DNA of 62,540 nt, filler included, from 6 parts of 6 records of this genome joined end to end with filler, not necessarily neighbours in it, one strand, 5' to 3'. Shown: positions 10,622-23,058, counted from the whole stretch's first letter. A program made the numbers and translations. Notes: generated by a model not told the origin, from the sequence alone.

Positions 10622-10858
10622 CGAACTGTTGAGACTTATGCTGGTCTACAGTACGAATCTTGTTGTTGGGCCGTTAGAGTGGTTGCACAAAGATATTTGA
10701 GTAACCGCTATGACGACATCGGTTTGCAAAGTACCAATGAATTTGAATCAGGTATAAGCTTGCAGTTTATTTTAAAAGGATTGGGTAGCAAAACGGCTGG
10801 ACGAGATATGCTGACCGACGGATTATTTGGTTATCGCCGTCCATATCTGCTTAACTAG
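10622..10858 (+). CDS. lptD: LPS assembly protein LptD, C-terminal fragment
   Basis: Manual translation RTVETYAGLQYESCCWAVRVV...LQFILKGLG...GLFGYRRPYLLN*; precedes surA. Confidence 0.9.
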   Translation, partial: RTVETYAGLQYESCCWAVRVVAQRYLSNRYDDIGLQSTNEFESGISLQFILKGLGSKTAGRDMLTDGLFGYRRPYLLN

Positions 10859-10935
10859 CATTTTTTTGACCTTAATACCATTGTTCTAAACTAACCCGCC
10901 TTAGGCGTGTAATTAACTTAAAAGTAAAAGAAATC

Positions 10936-12228
10936 ATGAAAGTAATAGTAGTCAGTTTTTTAGTAGGAATACTTCTGTCAACAAGCGTTAAAAGTGCACC
11001 TGTGATGCTAGATAGTGTATCGGTTATTGTTGACCAAGGAGTGGTGTTAGAAAGTCAAATTGAAGAACTAGTGAATTCAGTTAAGCGCAATGCCATTGCC
11101 AACGACCAAACCCTACCTTCGGATAGGGCTTTACGTACTCAAGCCATTGAACGCTTGATTATCGACAGTTTGCAAATGCAAATGGCAGACCGCATGGGTA
11201 TACAGATTAGTGATCCGCAATTAGATCAAACCATTGCTAATATTGCTGAAGGTGACAATCAGTCCATAGCTCAACTTCGAGAAAAAATTGCCGCAGAAGG
11301 TATAAGCTATGAAGTATACCGTGAGGAGATCCGTAAAGAACTCATTATAGGGGAAGTGCGCCGTGCCAACGTTCGTCGTCGTATTTATATTACCCCACAA
11401 GAAATAGCTAACTTAGTTAAATTAATTGACGAGCAAGGCGGTCAACAGGCTGAATACCATCTAGGGCATATTCTTATTGCTTTCCCAAATGACCCAAGCG
11501 ATGAAGATATAGAAAAAGCCAAAGGTACTGCAGAGAAAGTTATCGAGTTACTTAATAGTGGTTCTGAATTCGCCAAAATTGCCACAGCCTCTTCATCAGG
11601 AGTCAATGCACTCGAAGGTGGTGACATGGGCTGGATGAATATTAACTCAATGCCAACATTATTTGCTGAAGCGGTCCAAAATAGAGCAAAAGATGATTTA
11701 ATTGGTCCTATCCGCAGTGGCGCAGGTTTTCACATCCTAAAAGTTATTGATACTCGCGGTATTGAAAAAGTAGAAGTGGTTGAATTAAGTGCCAGACATA
11801 TTTTGATTAAACCCTCAGTTATTCTGAGTGATGAAAAAGCCGTACAGATCTTAAAAGATTTCCGTACTAAAATTTTAGCCGGTGAAGCTGACTTTTCAGC
11901 ATTGGCCAAGGAACATTCTGCAGATCCTGGCTCCGCCCTAAAAGGGGGTGAACTAGGCTGGGCAGATCCAAACGTTTATGTGCCTGAATTTAGAGATACG
12001 TTAAACAAATTAGCACTCAATGAAATCAGTGAACCCGTACGTACTGTACATGGTTGGCACTTAATGCAATTACTCGACAAACGAGTGGGCGATGCCACTG
12101 AAAAACTAAAAGAGGATAAAGCGTCCCAACTATTGTTTCAACGTAAATTTTCAGAAGAAACGGATGCTTGGTTACGTGAAATTCGCGCCAGTGCCTATAT
12201 CGAAGTTTTAGCCAAAAAAGACGCCTAA
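10936..12228 (+). CDS. surA: Periplasmic chaperone/PPIase SurA
   Basis: Two parvulin domains (HILIA, ARHILIKP, GGELGW); canonical operon position. Confidence 0.97.
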   Translation: MKVIVVSFLVGILLSTSVKSAPVMLDSVSVIVDQGVVLESQIEELVNSVKRNAIANDQTLPSDRALRTQAIERLIIDSLQMQMADRMGIQISDPQLDQTIANIAEGDNQSIAQLREKIAAEGISYEVYREEIRKELIIGEVRRANVRRRIYITPQEIANLVKLIDEQGGQQAEYHLGHILIAFPNDPSDEDIEKAKGTAEKVIELLNSGSEFAKIATASSSGVNALEGGDMGWMNINSMPTLFAEAVQNRAKDDLIGPIRSGAGFHILKVIDTRGIEKVEVVELSARHILIKPSVILSDEKAVQILKDFRTKILAGEADFSALAKEHSADPGSALKGGELGWADPNVYVPEFRDTLNKLALNEISEPVRTVHGWHLMQLLDKRVGDATEKLKEDKASQLLFQRKFSEETDAWLREIRASAYIEVLAKKDA

Positions 12229-13212
12229 GTGTCAAACATTAAACTTGCAATCACACCCGGCGAACCCGCCGGGATTGGCCCTGACTTAATCATTCAACTT
12301 GCACAGCAGCAATGGTCAGTACAATTGACCGTTTTTGCTGATGCAAACATGTTAAAACAGCGTGCTGTACAGCTCGGTTTACCTATAGTTATCCATCCTT
12401 ATTCTGCGCAATCTGAGCATATTCAAGCAGCGGGCAGTTTATACTGTGTCAATGTTCCTTGTGCCGTGCCAGTCGTTGCCGGACAATTGAATACTGATAA
12501 TAGTCGCTATGTATTAAATACCCTCACCGAAGCCGGTGCACGTACCCTAAATGGAGAGTTTTCTGCAATTGTTACCGGCCCAGTCCATAAAGGTATCATC
12601 AACCAAGCTGGCGTGCCTTTCAGTGGCCATACAGAGTTTTTTGCCGAGCAATCACATACTAAAAAAGTAGTAATGATGCTGGCTACTGAGGGCCTCAGAG
12701 TTGTGCTGGCTACAACCCATATTCCTCTGATTGACGTAGCAAAATCTATCACCCAAGACGGTTTATCTGAGGTCATTCGTATCGTAAACCAAGAACTAAA
12801 AGATAAATTTGGCATACCCCAGCCTCATATTTATGTTTGCGGATTAAACCCTCATGCAGGTGAAGACGGCCACATAGGTAGAGAAGAGATTGATATCATC
12901 AATCCAACGTTGGACTTATTACGAGCCGAAGGTATTAAGTTAAGTGGCCCACTGCCCGCAGACACCATATTCAATCCCAAGTACTTAGCTCTGGCTGATG
13001 CCGTTCTTGCCATGTACCATGATCAAGGGCTACCCGTATTAAAATACAAGGGCTTTGGTGCATCGGTAAATATTACTTTAGGCTTACCTTATATTCGAAC
13101 ATCTGTAGACCATGGTACTGCCATAGATTTTGCAGGTTCCGGCAAGGCTGAAACAGGCAGTTTCGCACTGGCTATACATAATGCAATTTCACTGGTAAAT
13201 AAACATGAGTAA
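12229..13212 (+). CDS. pdxA: 4-hydroxythreonine-4-phosphate dehydrogenase
   Basis: [36 protein letters not shown]. Confidence 0.97.
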   Translation: MSNIKLAITPGEPAGIGPDLIIQLAQQQWSVQLTVFADANMLKQRAVQLGLPIVIHPYSAQSEHIQAAGSLYCVNVPCAVPVVAGQLNTDNSRYVLNTLTEAGARTLNGEFSAIVTGPVHKGIINQAGVPFSGHTEFFAEQSHTKKVVMMLATEGLRVVLATTHIPLIDVAKSITQDGLSEVIRIVNQELKDKFGIPQPHIYVCGLNPHAGEDGHIGREEIDIINPTLDLLRAEGIKLSGPLPADTIFNPKYLALADAVLAMYHDQGLPVLKYKGFGASVNITLGLPYIRTSVDHGTAIDFAGSGKAETGSFALAIHNAISLVNKHE

Positions 13213-14023
13213 ACAACATTTAGGCCATACAGCCCGTAAACGATTTGGCCAGAACTTTTTACATGACCTTTTTGTTATTGATCAAATTATCAGTGCCATC
13301 AATCCTAAAAATGGCGAACATTTGGTGGAGATAGGCCCTGGTTTGGGCGCACTAACTGAACCGGTATGTGAGCAAGTTGATAATTTAACGGTTATCGAAT
13401 TAGATCGTGATTTAGCCGCAAGACTGCGCACCCATCCCAAGATAGCGAATAAATTAACGATCATTGAAAGTGATGCTTTAAAATTCGACTTTTCTAGCTT
13501 ATTACTTGACGATAAACCATTAAGAATATTCGGCAATTTACCTTACAACATCTCGACGCCCCTGATGTTTCACTTATTTTCATTTGCGACAAAAGTGCAA
13601 GACATGCATTTTATGTTGCAAAAAGAAGTAGTCAATCGCTTAGCTGCGGTACCGGGTAATAAAAACTATGGCCGCCTTTCAGTCATGGCACAATATCATT
13701 GTCAAATCATGCCTGTTTTACACGTGCCACCTGAGGCCTTTAATCCTCCACCTAAAGTTGATTCGGCTATTGTTCGCTTAATTCCACATCAAACTAAACC
13801 CGTGACAGTAGCAAGTGAAGCTAGCCTACATACCGTTTGTGCACAGGCATTTAATCAGCGCCGCAAAACAATTCGCAATAGCTTAAAAGACAGTTTAAAC
13901 GAACAGCAAATAATCGAGTTGGGTATTAACCCAGAGCTTCGCGCTGAAAACCTCAGTTTGCTGCAATTTGGCCAACTGGCGGACGCCGCTTATAAATTGG
14001 GACTAACACATGCCAGCGACTGA
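13205..14023 (+). CDS. rsmA: 16S rRNA dimethyladenosine transferase
   Basis: [27 protein letters not shown]. Confidence 0.97.
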   Translation: MSKQHLGHTARKRFGQNFLHDLFVIDQIISAINPKNGEHLVEIGPGLGALTEPVCEQVDNLTVIELDRDLAARLRTHPKIANKLTIIESDALKFDFSSLLLDDKPLRIFGNLPYNISTPLMFHLFSFATKVQDMHFMLQKEVVNRLAAVPGNKNYGRLSVMAQYHCQIMPVLHVPPEAFNPPPKVDSAIVRLIPHQTKPVTVASEASLHTVCAQAFNQRRKTIRNSLKDSLNEQQIIELGINPELRAENLSLLQFGQLADAAYKLGLTHASD

Positions 14024-14387
14024 AAATACGATAACGATCAAAGTACACACTCAATATTTGCCAAATCAAGCACCTGAAGAAAGTCAGTATGCTTTTGCTT
14101 ATCACATTAAAATTCAAAATCAGAGTGATCAAGAAGTACAATTACTCAATCGCTATTGGTTAATCACCGACGGGAATGGCAAAAAAACCGAAGTAAAGGG
14201 CCCTGGAGTGATAGGACAACAGCCAACAATATTGGCAGGTTCTCAGTTTGAGTATAGCAGTGGTGCTATATTAGAAACTCCAGTGGGCAGTATGCAGGGA
14301 TATTATGAGATGCGTAGCCAAGACGGAGTACTATTTCATGCTTCTATCGATGTATTTAGTTTACGTGTTCCCAACTTAGTTAATTAA
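14010..14387 (+). CDS. apaG: ApaG protein
   Basis: [23 protein letters not shown]; synteny. Confidence 0.95.
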   Translation: MPATENTITIKVHTQYLPNQAPEESQYAFAYHIKIQNQSDQEVQLLNRYWLITDGNGKKTEVKGPGVIGQQPTILAGSQFEYSSGAILETPVGSMQGYYEMRSQDGVLFHASIDVFSLRVPNLVN

Positions 14388-14391
14388 GATC

Positions 14392-15204
14392 ATGGCTGAT
14401 TATGTTGTAGGTGACATTCAAGGCTGCTATCAAGGTTTACGACGTTTATTAAAACATGCCGAATTCAATCCCACTAACGATAAGCTAATTGCAGTTGGTG
14501 ATTTAATCGGTAGAGGCCCACAATCACTAGAAACCTTAGAATATCTCTACTCATTAGGGGATAATTTTACTACGGTATTAGGCAATCATGATTTACATTT
14601 TTTAGCCGTAAGCTGCGGCATAAGAAAAAACAAACCCAAGGATAAATTGGAAATATTGCTGTGCAGTCCAGATTTAGATAAGTATGTTAATTGGCTGCGT
14701 CACAAACCTTTGGCGCTAGCGCTGAATGATAATACAATTGTGACTCATGCAGGGCTTTACCCTCTCTGGTCAATCAAACAAGCCTTAACGCTGAGCCAAG
14801 AGGTAAGTGAAGGTTTACAAGGAAAAAACTGGCAAAATTTATTGAAAAACATGTACGGTGACATGCCAAACTCATGGGATAACACTTTAACAGGGAATAA
14901 GCGATGGCGTTTTATCATCAACGCTTTTACACGTATGCGCTTTATGCTGGATAGCAAAACACTCGAATTTGACTGCAAAGAATCCCCTGACTTAGCACCT
15001 AATATACTTAATCCGTGGTTTAATATTGAAAATATACATTTAACGCGCGAAGATAGGGTCTTATTTGGACACTGGGCTACATTAAAAGGTCAAACGTATC
15101 ATTCACAATTTATTGCCTTGGATACAGGTTACATTTGGCAGCAAGAATTGACCATGATTGAAGTGCAAAGTGGACAAAAATATTCGGTGTCATATAAAGA
15201 TTAA
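14392..15204 (+). CDS. apaH: Symmetrical bis(5'-nucleosyl)-tetraphosphatase
   Basis: GDIQGC, GDLIGRGP, LGNHDLH, FGHWA motifs. Confidence 0.96.
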   Translation: MADYVVGDIQGCYQGLRRLLKHAEFNPTNDKLIAVGDLIGRGPQSLETLEYLYSLGDNFTTVLGNHDLHFLAVSCGIRKNKPKDKLEILLCSPDLDKYVNWLRHKPLALALNDNTIVTHAGLYPLWSIKQALTLSQEVSEGLQGKNWQNLLKNMYGDMPNSWDNTLTGNKRWRFIINAFTRMRFMLDSKTLEFDCKESPDLAPNILNPWFNIENIHLTREDRVLFGHWATLKGQTYHSQFIALDTGYIWQQELTMIEVQSGQKYSVSYKD

Positions 15205-15373
15205 TTGTTGCAGGTCGATAGGGTAAAGTTAGATACTACTTTTAAAGAGCGGTAGGTTATTTTTTAGTTTTTTTAAACAAACAATTTACTGATAAAATTA
15301 CGGATAGATAGCTTCAGCCACAATAGGTAAACGGACTTAACCAAAGATAACGGTTAAATATAAGGGCAAAATA

Positions 15374-17398
15374 ATGAAAATAACAGTAGCCATGCGCGTA
15401 GTTGGCGGATTCTCAATAATAACAGCTTTACTGCTTGGTTTAGGCATAGTGGCAGTAAATAGTTTAATCAGTATTGAGGATGCAACAGATCAAGTGAATA
15501 ACTTGACTATTCCATCAGTCAGCGGCAGTAGTCAGCTTAAAGTTTCATTTTTAAACATGGGACGTTTAGCGACTGAATCTTATTATGAAACAGAGATAGC
15601 TGAACTTAAAAATAAAAAAGAAGCCTTCGAAACAAGTAAAAGTAATTTTGACAATGAAATACGTTCACTTACCGCTATTGTTAGTCAAGAGCCTAATTTA
15701 CGCCAATCACTCATCGAAACTGAAGAAATTTATAATACTTACCTTCTCAATGTAAACGCTATATTCGATAACAAACTAGCTAACCTAGAGTTCGGTAATA
15801 ACGTTGCTGATATGATGGGCACTATTGAAGATAATTCTGATGATACATCAACTTATATTCTCGACTTTGCTGATCTAGATATTGTTGCCAGTAACGGAAA
15901 ATTAGGTAAGGCCTCAGAGATTGCCAATACGTTAGAAACCAGTTTGTTATCTCTTCTAACTATTGGTGCCGAATACGTAAAAACCACCACTTTGGTACGA
16001 GCTGACACTATTGGTAATGAAGTTAATTTAGTTATTCATCAAATAAATGAAAAAGTTACAGAAATTCAAGCGGCCGCAGGCGGACAAGATTCAAGTGGCA
16101 CCTTAGCTGAAATATTTAAATTAATGGATTCTGTTGTTAACCAAGTCACATCATCAAATGGTTTATTACAAACTCAAGTCAAACGTCTAAATGCTAAAAA
16201 CCAAGCGGCCAAGTCATACCGAGCCTCAGAGGATAATATAAGCCAAGCAATTGACAAACTGAATGAGTTACTTAAACACGCTGATGTAAAAACAGTTGAG
16301 TCTAAAGAAGCCGTCGCATCTTCTGTTAGCTCTGGGCTATGGTGGACTATCGTTATAGGTTTGTTCTCAATGGCTGTTGCAGCGGGTATAGCGTTCAAAA
16401 CTGTCACAGCGATTATTAGACCACTACACAAAGTTAACGAAATGTTGAAAATTGTCTCTTCAGGTGATTTAACACGAAAACTTGATGATTCTAAAGATGA
16501 CGAATTTGGTGAATTAGCGAAAAACTGTAATAACCTTATCAATAGCCTTAAAGCGCTGATATCTGGTATTAGCTCGCGTGCTGCACAACTCGCAGCCGCT
16601 TCCGAAGAAACCTCCATGGTGACAGCGCAAACTACCGCGTCAATCCAAGAGCAGAAATCACAAGTAGCGCAAGTTGCTACAGCTACTTCAGAAATGCACA
16701 GTACATCACAAGTGGTATTACAAAGTGCTGAACACACTTTAAACCAAATCCGTCATGCTGATAACGAAGCTGAAAAAGTCAAAATTATCTCCGAAGAAAA
16801 CAAGAAAATCATCTTAGTTTTAGCTAAAGATGTTGAACAAGCCGCAGATGTTATTAACAAGCTACATCAAGATAGTGCCAGTATTGGTGGTATTTTAGAT
16901 GTTATCCGTGGTGTTGCTGATCAAACAAACTTGCTGGCGCTAAACGCTGCAATAGAAGCCGCGAGAGCCGGTGAACAAGGTAGAGGTTTTGCTGTAGTAG
17001 CTGATGAAGTTCGTACCCTTGCTAGCCGTACACAAAAGTCGACACAAGAAATCAATTCAATGATTGAAGTATTACAAGCAGGTGCTGAAAAAGCGGTTGC
17101 TGTAATGAATCAAGGTAAAGAGCAAACGACTTTATGTGTTGAACAAACAGAAAAAGCAACAGCAGCACTGCAGTTGATTACCGATGCAGTACACAAAGCT
17201 TATGACGTGAGTAGCCAAATTGAACAATCGGCGAAAGAACAAAATGTCGTGTCACTCGATATCAGTAAGACCTTAGAAAATATTGTTGGCATTGCTGAGC
17301 AAACAACTATTGGAGCTCACCAAACCTCTGAATCTAGTCAAGAAGTTGCAAGATTGGCAGAAGAATTACAAAATTCAATTCAGCAATTTAGAGTTTAG
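15374..17398 (+). CDS. Methyl-accepting chemotaxis protein
   Basis: Two TM segments, [35 protein letters not shown]. Confidence 0.96.
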   Translation: MKITVAMRVVGGFSIITALLLGLGIVAVNSLISIEDATDQVNNLTIPSVSGSSQLKVSFLNMGRLATESYYETEIAELKNKKEAFETSKSNFDNEIRSLTAIVSQEPNLRQSLIETEEIYNTYLLNVNAIFDNKLANLEFGNNVADMMGTIEDNSDDTSTYILDFADLDIVASNGKLGKASEIANTLETSLLSLLTIGAEYVKTTTLVRADTIGNEVNLVIHQINEKVTEIQAAAGGQDSSGTLAEIFKLMDSVVNQVTSSNGLLQTQVKRLNAKNQAAKSYRASEDNISQAIDKLNELLKHADVKTVESKEAVASSVSSGLWWTIVIGLFSMAVAAGIAFKTVTAIIRPLHKVNEMLKIVSSGDLTRKLDDSKDDEFGELAKNCNNLINSLKALISGISSRAAQLAAASEETSMVTAQTTASIQEQKSQVAQVATATSEMHSTSQVVLQSAEHTLNQIRHADNEAEKVKIISEENKKIILVLAKDVEQAADVINKLHQDSASIGGILDVIRGVADQTNLLALNAAIEAARAGEQGRGFAVVADEVRTLASRTQKSTQEINSMIEVLQAGAEKAVAVMNQGKEQTTLCVEQTEKATAALQLITDAVHKAYDVSSQIEQSAKEQNVVSLDISKTLENIVGIAEQTTIGAHQTSESSQEVARLAEELQNSIQQFRV

Positions 17399-17409
17399 TA
17401 TTGTAAGAC

Positions 17410-17440
17410 ATAAAAAACCGCCAATTGGCGGTTTTTTTAT
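17410..17440. terminator. Bidirectional rho-independent terminator
   Basis: AAAAAACCGCC-AATT-GGCGGTTTTTTT between convergent genes. Confidence 0.9.
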
Positions 17441-17502
17441 AAATGCTTGTTTCATGCCTATTAAATTCTCGCTGAGCACTGACTTATCAAGATGAATAAG
17501 CC

Positions 17503-17679
17503 TTACTCATCATCAGCCCTCAACCATTCCTTTATTAACATTGCGATACGTTGATGGTCTTGCTCTGCATAAGCAAGCAATAACGCTGCCATGCGCTTTT
17601 TAGCCCTGACTTTGGGCTGCTGACGAACAAACAGCTTTGCTAGAGGTGACTGATAAACGCCAGTGTTCGACTTTACCAT
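17503..17679 (-). CDS. Small 58-aa protein missing from the ORF track
   Basis: MVKSNTGVYQSPLAKLFVRQQPKVRAKKRMAALLLAYAEQDHQRIAMLIKEWLRADDE*; AAGGGGTGG SD-like motif; fills gap between lysC and terminator. Confidence 0.65.
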   Translation of the reverse strand: MVKSNTGVYQSPLAKLFVRQQPKVRAKKRMAALLLAYAEQDHQRIAMLIKEWLRADDE

Positions 17680-17699
17680 ATTGCCACCCCTTACTTAGA

Positions 17700-19040
17700 T
17701 TACTCGAACAACGCTTTATGTAGTACTTTGACGACATCGGTACTGTCATTATTTCCTACTAAAAACGACATATTGTGTGGATTAGCACCATAACAAATCA
17801 AGCGTAAATTATAATCACTGATAGCAGCAAATATCCTACTTGAGACGCCTGCAGCACTATGCATATTGTTACCAACTACCGTAACCAAGTCATAATTTTC
17901 TTCCACCAATACATTACAAAATTGACTCAACTCTTCAATAGTTTCACGGTTTAAACGCTGTAATACTGAATTAGGAGGATTATCTAAGGTAAATGAGACT
18001 GAAATTTCAGAGGTCGTAACCAAATCAACACTTAATTTATGCTGAGCAATAATAGTAAACACTTTTTGCAAGAAGCCCTGAGCAAACATCATCTTGGGTG
18101 TTTTAACCGTTACCATGACTTGATCTTTACGACGGGTAATTGCCCGGTAAGAAGGTTCGGTTTTACAATCGCGAACAATCCAAGTACCGCCCTTTTCGGG
18201 CTCTTTGCTTGAACCCACAAATACTTTAATATTTTTGCGTAATGCAGGTTCCATCGTTGCGGGATGCAATACTTTTGCACCAAAAGTGGCCATTTCGGCT
18301 GCTTCTTCAAAACTCAGTTCAGGTAAGGGTCGTGCAGCACTGGTTATTCTTGGATCAGTAGTATAAACACCAATAACGTCGGTCCAAATCTCACAAGTAT
18401 CAGCATCTAACGCTTCAGCCAAAAGGGCAGCGGTAAAATCTGAACCGCCACGTCCAAGTGTTGTCGTATTGCCTTCTATATCTGAACCAATAAAACCCTG
18501 AGTGACTAATACCTTAGATGCTAATTCAGGCAACAATAGGCTTTGTGCTGCTTGACGAATATCATCTAACTGCGGCACTGCTTGACCAAATTCACTATCC
18601 GTTCGCAATACTTTTCTGACATCGAAGTTTGCTGAGTTAAGTCCGTTTTGCTGTAATACCGCACTAAACAATAACGATGACAAACGCTCACCATGAGACA
18701 ATAAGGCGTCTTTTAGATCGGGGCGATGCAAAAGTTCCTCATGTAGCGCTAGCTCTTTCAAAGAGCCTAACAATTCAGCAAGCTTGTCGTCGACACCTTG
18801 GGGATTATCCAAAGCATTTAAAATAGCAAATTGTATAGCGCTGATTTGCGCTATTTTTTCCATAACTTGCTCTGTTGTCATAGCACTATGGGCAATATCA
18901 ACCAATAAATTAGTGACGCCAGCAGATGCACTGACAACAACAACTTTAGTGCTTGTATTACCTTTCACTATGTTTGCGCAATTTTGCATTGCAACAAAAT
19001 TAGCCACACTAGTACCACCAAACTTGGCTACATTTAACAC
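17700..19040 (-). CDS. lysC: Aspartokinase (lysine-sensitive type III-like)
   Basis: KFGGTSV, TTTLGRGGSD, EMATFGAKVLHP; C-terminal ACT domains. Confidence 0.93.
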   Translation of the reverse strand: MLNVAKFGGTSVANFVAMQNCANIVKGNTSTKVVVVSASAGVTNLLVDIAHSAMTTEQVMEKIAQISAIQFAILNALDNPQGVDDKLAELLGSLKELALHEELLHRPDLKDALLSHGERLSSLLFSAVLQQNGLNSANFDVRKVLRTDSEFGQAVPQLDDIRQAAQSLLLPELASKVLVTQGFIGSDIEGNTTTLGRGGSDFTAALLAEALDADTCEIWTDVIGVYTTDPRITSAARPLPELSFEEAAEMATFGAKVLHPATMEPALRKNIKVFVGSSKEPEKGGTWIVRDCKTEPSYRAITRRKDQVMVTVKTPKMMFAQGFLQKVFTIIAQHKLSVDLVTTSEISVSFTLDNPPNSVLQRLNRETIEELSQFCNVLVEENYDLVTVVGNNMHSAAGVSSRIFAAISDYNLRLICYGANPHNMSFLVGNNDSTDVVKVLHKALFE

Positions 19041-19249
19041 GTTCTAATCCTCACTTAAATTATTCAAACTGCCTCAAAAATGGTCAATAAAAATAGCAGT
19101 TTTATATGCCAAGAGAAAACAAAAGTTGTAACTACTGCTTCTTTTTTTATCTAGCTTAGTTTAAAAATGTTTAACTTGTGTTAGGTCACACCTCTATCTT
19201 CACTATGCGCGAAAAACTAGAAGGCTTGAACTAAGAGCAATGTTTTGAC

Positions 19250-19687
19250 TTATTGCTGAGGCTCTTGAATAAACACTTTATCACCTACAGAAATATTATT
19301 ATTTTTAAACCAACCTTGGTTCATTTCCCAGGCGTATAGGATTTTTTCAGAAGAGGAAGTGGTATTTTCATCATGCGGCTGCATTGCTTTAATGTCGGTG
19401 ATTGTGCCATCCTGTCGAATAAAAGCGACATCTAATGGAATAAACGTATTTTGCATCCACATACTGGCCATTTTAATCTGCTTAAAATTAAAAATCATAC
19501 CGCAGTCATTGCACATTGACTTTCGAAACATCAGGCCTTGGCTGCGTAACTCAAAGGTATTAGCATATTCCAATACTAAAACTTTCCCTTGGATCTGCAC
19601 ACTGATATCGGGAAAGCTTGAAGCCGGTTCCTTAGCGTTGAGTGACAAACAAAACAGTAAGGACAGAATAAAGAGATGGATTTTCAT
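19250..19687 (-). CDS. DUF192 family exported protein
   Basis: GLMFRKSM...GMIF...MWMQNTFIPLDVAFI. Confidence 0.88.
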   Translation of the reverse strand: MKIHLFILSLLFCLSLNAKEPASSFPDISVQIQGKVLVLEYANTFELRSQGLMFRKSMCNDCGMIFNFKQIKMASMWMQNTFIPLDVAFIRQDGTITDIKAMQPHDENTTSSSEKILYAWEMNQGWFKNNNISVGDKVFIQEPQQ

Positions 19688-19730
19688 GTTTATAAACTCA
19701 TTTTTAAAAGGTTAATCTATCAGCCTAAGC

Positions 19731-19964
19731 TTATAACTTTTTACAGGAACAACCCATTTGTTTATCACTCGTTTGCCATTCTTGATAATCGCCTTGTATA
19801 CATTGTGCCTGTAAGGTCTTACATTCCAACGGGGTGAATCTAACCTGAGTATCGGCTCCATTAGCAACTGCTGTACCCAAAAGCTGTCTGGTATTTTGGC
19901 TCGTACAGCTACTGAAACCAACAATGGTCAATGCCGCACAAAAACACGCTATTTTTCTAAACAT
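19731..19964 (-). CDS. Small Cys-rich hypothetical lipoprotein
   Basis: Lipobox FSSC; four further Cys; co-oriented with neighbours. Confidence 0.65.
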   Translation of the reverse strand: MFRKIACFCAALTIVGFSSCTSQNTRQLLGTAVANGADTQVRFTPLECKTLQAQCIQGDYQEWQTSDKQMGCSCKKL

Positions 19965-20031
19965 ATTTAATTCGTTATGGTGAGGGATAAACTATTAATG
20001 AGAGGGTAGATAAGCTCAAAAGGTTCCGAGC

Positions 20032-20066
20032 AAAAAAAAAGCCGGAAGGTTCCCCTTTCCGGCTTC
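20032..20066 (-). terminator. Rho-independent terminator of acnB
   Basis: Minus strand AAGCCGGAA...TTCCGGCTTTTTTTTT. Confidence 0.85.
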
Positions 20067-20093
20067 TTAATTAACTAACAACTCGTTGAGATA

Positions 20094-22565
20094 TTAGGCA
20101 ATTTTTAAGGTAGGTATGATATTTTTCTTCGCAGCATCTTCAGCAGCTTTGAAAGATGGCATACGATCAAAATTCAAATAGCGGAAAACCTCCCCCGACA
20201 TTGATTCAATCTTATTGGCATATTCCATATATTCTGCAGCACTTGGAATTTTACCAACAATAGCCCCTACAGCAGCCATTTCAGCTGAACATAAATACAC
20301 ATTCGCACCATCACCTAAACGATTAGGGAAGTTACGTGTAGAAGTAGACAATACTGTAGCGCCCGCTTCAACACGGGCTTGGTTACCCATACATAATGAA
20401 CAACCCGACATTTCAGTACGTACGCCCGATTTTTTATAAATGTCGTAATAACCTTCTTCAACTAATTGAGCTTGATCCATTTTAGTGGGTGGTGACATCC
20501 ACAAACGAGTGGGTAGTGTGCCGTCATACTGCTCAAGTAATTTACCTGCAGCACGGAAATGACCAATGTTAGTCATACATGAACCAATAAAGACCTCATC
20601 AACCTTATCTCCCGCTACTTCAGATAATGTTTTGGCATCATCTGGATCGTTAGGACAACATAGGATGGGCTCTTTGATTTCATTTAAATCAATTTCTAAA
20701 ACTTCAACATATTCAGCATCGGCATCAGCAACCATCAATTCTGGTTTAGCTAACCACTCTTCCATCTTACGTGCACGACGCTCTAAAGTACGTTGATCGC
20801 CATAACCTTCGTTAATCATCCAACGTAACATGGTGATGTTAGAGTTAAGATACTCAGCGATAGACTCTTCTGATAACTTAATAGTACAACCAGCCGCAGA
20901 ACGTTCAGCAGAAGCATCAGACAACTCAAATGCTTGTTCGATAGTCAGGCCATCTAAACCTTCAATCTCTAATATTCGACCAGAAAACGCATTGATTTTG
21001 CCTTTCTTGGCAACCGTTAATAACCCTGCCTTGATACCGTATAATGGAATCGCATGAACTAAATCACGTAAGGTAATACCTGGCTGCATTTTTCCTTTAA
21101 AACGTACCAATATAGATTCAGGCATGTCCAAAGGCATCACACCTGTCGCAGCAGCAAACGCCACTAAACCCGAACCTGCTGGAAAAGAAATACCCATAGG
21201 GAAGCGAGTATGGGAGTCACCACCAGTACCAACGGTATCTGGCAACAACATACGGTTTAACCATGAGTGAATAATACCGTCACCAGGACGTAAAGAGACA
21301 CCGCCACGATTCATGATAAAATCAGGCAAAGTATGCTGAGTTTCAATATCGATTGGTTTAGGGTATGCCGCCGTATGACAGAAAGACTGCATCGTTAAAT
21401 CAGCTGTAAAACCTAAGCAAGCTAGGTCTTTTAATTCGTCACGCGTCATAGGACCCGTGGTATCTTGTGAGCCAACCGTTGTCATCTTAGGTTCGCAATA
21501 TGTGCCTGGGCGAATCCCCTCAACACCACAAGCTTTACCTACCATTTTTTGTGCAAGGGTATAGCCCTTACCAGTATCAATGGGTTGCTCCGGTTTGCGG
21601 AACATGTCATTAACAGGTAGTCCTAAAGATTCGCGAGCTTTGTCAGTTAAACCACGACCAATAATCAAATTAATACGGCCACCAGCACGTACTTCATCTA
21701 ATAAAACTTTAGATTTGTATTCATAAGTGGCTAAAACTTCACCCGATTTATGATTAGTTATCTTACCTTCCAATGGGAAAATATCGATCACATCACCCAT
21801 ATTCATTTTTTCAACATCGGCTTCAAATACCAAAGCACCCGCATCTTCCATGGTGTTGTAAAAAATAGGCGCAACTTTACTACCAATACAAATACCGCCA
21901 CCGCGTTTATTTGGTACGCCTGGCATATCTTCACCAAAAAACCATAATACTGAGTTAGTGGCTGATTTACGTGAAGAGCCCGTACCGACTACGTCCCCCA
22001 CAAAAGCAACGGGATAACCTTGTGCTTTAATATCTTCAATTTGTTTTAATGGACCCACTTCACCGTGTTTTTCTGGTATTAAGCCATCCCGTGTCATTTT
22101 AAATGCGGCACGAGCATGCAAAGGAATATCAGGACGTGACCAAGCATCAGGTGCAGGTGACAAATCATCGGTATTGGTTTCACCAGTGACTTTGAATACA
22201 CTCACCGTAATTTTTTCGGCCAATTCAGGACGAGCGGTAAACCATTCAGCTTCTGCCCAAGACTCCAATACGTCTTGTGCGTATTGATTACCGGCTCTGG
22301 CTTTGTCTTCAACATCGTGAAAACGATCGAACATTAACAAAGTATGTTTCAATTCTTCAGCGGCTAACTCAGCTAGCTCATTGTCATCTAGGGCATCAAC
22401 TAAAGTGACAATGTTGTAGCCACCATGCATATTACCCAATAATTGAATTGCACCGTCTTTAGAGATCAAACCGCATTCAGTTTCGCCTCTTACAATAGCG
22501 CTTAAGAAGCCAGCTTTAACATAAGCGGCTTCATCTACACCGGGAGGAACTCGCTCAGAAAGTAA
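20094..22565 (-). CDS. acnB: Aconitate hydratase B, N-terminus cut by contig end
   Basis: [43 protein letters not shown]. Confidence 0.97.
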   Translation of the reverse strand, partial: LLSERVPPGVDEAAYVKAGFLSAIVRGETECGLISKDGAIQLLGNMHGGYNIVTLVDALDDNELAELAAEELKHTLLMFDRFHDVEDKARAGNQYAQDVLESWAEAEWFTARPELAEKITVSVFKVTGETNTDDLSPAPDAWSRPDIPLHARAAFKMTRDGLIPEKHGEVGPLKQIEDIKAQGYPVAFVGDVVGTGSSRKSATNSVLWFFGEDMPGVPNKRGGGICIGSKVAPIFYNTMEDAGALVFEADVEKMNMGDVIDIFPLEGKITNHKSGEVLATYEYKSKVLLDEVRAGGRINLIIGRGLTDKARESLGLPVNDMFRKPEQPIDTGKGYTLAQKMVGKACGVEGIRPGTYCEPKMTTVGSQDTTGPMTRDELKDLACLGFTADLTMQSFCHTAAYPKPIDIETQHTLPDFIMNRGGVSLRPGDGIIHSWLNRMLLPDTVGTGGDSHTRFPMGISFPAGSGLVAFAAATGVMPLDMPESILVRFKGKMQPGITLRDLVHAIPLYGIKAGLLTVAKKGKINAFSGRILEIEGLDGLTIEQAFELSDASAERSAAGCTIKLSEESIAEYLNSNITMLRWMINEGYGDQRTLERRARKMEEWLAKPELMVADADAEYVEVLEIDLNEIKEPILCCPNDPDDAKTLSEVAGDKVDEVFIGSCMTNIGHFRAAGKLLEQYDGTLPTRLWMSPPTKMDQAQLVEEGYYDIYKKSGVRTEMSGCSLCMGNQARVEAGATVLSTSTRNFPNRLGDGANVYLCSAEMAAVGAIVGKIPSAAEYMEYANKIESMSGEVFRYLNFDRMPSFKAAEDAAKKNIIPTLKIA

Positions 22566-22566
22566 C

Positions 22567-22666
22567 NNNNNNNNNNNNNNNNNNNNNNNNNNNNNNNNNN
22601 NNNNNNNNNNTTAATTAATTAANNNNNNNNNNNNNNNNNNNNNNNNNNNNNNNNNNNNNNNNNNNN
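22567..22666. other. Artificial contig spacer
   Basis: N44-TTAATTAATTAA-N44. Confidence 0.99.
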
Positions 22667-22911
22667 TCACCACCAAAATCGGCGTGACCAGGAGTATCGA
22701 TAATATTGATTTTAGACCCTTTATAGGTTACCGAAACATTTTTTGAAGTAATTGTAATACCGCGTTCACGTTCCAAATCATTGTTATCCAGAATCAAATC
22801 GCCTGTATTTTCGTTATCACGAAAAAGATGACAATGGTACATAATCTTGTCTACCAAAGTTGTTTTACCGTGGTCAACGTGGGCGATAATCGCTATATTT
22901 CTGATATCCAT
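22667..22911 (-). CDS. typA: Translational GTPase TypA/BipA, N-terminal fragment
   Basis: [43 protein letters not shown]. Confidence 0.95.
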
Positions 22912-22980
22912 TACTTTGCTTGATTTTAAGGGCGCAAATATACATCTATTTATCTATCCTAAGCACTTAAATAAAAATGT

Positions 22981-23056
22981 TTTGGGCGATCCCCTGAAAT
23001 AACTTCAGGGTCGGGCTATCCGCGCTACATGGTAGCTTGCTTCTATCCCTATCGCA
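22981..23056 (+). repeat. REP-like composite palindromic element
   Basis: Internal CCCTGAA..TTCAGGG hairpin; related in inverted orientation to 30361-30443. Confidence 0.65.
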
Positions 23057-23058
23057 GC

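Noticed and set aside
17283-17495. 70-aa + strand ORF across the MCP end
   Set aside because: Overlaps the MCP 3' end and reads through a terminator.
19041-19249. Possible lysine riboswitch upstream of lysC
   Set aside because: AT-rich; no L-box conserved elements or long stems recognised by eye. An Rfam scan would settle it.
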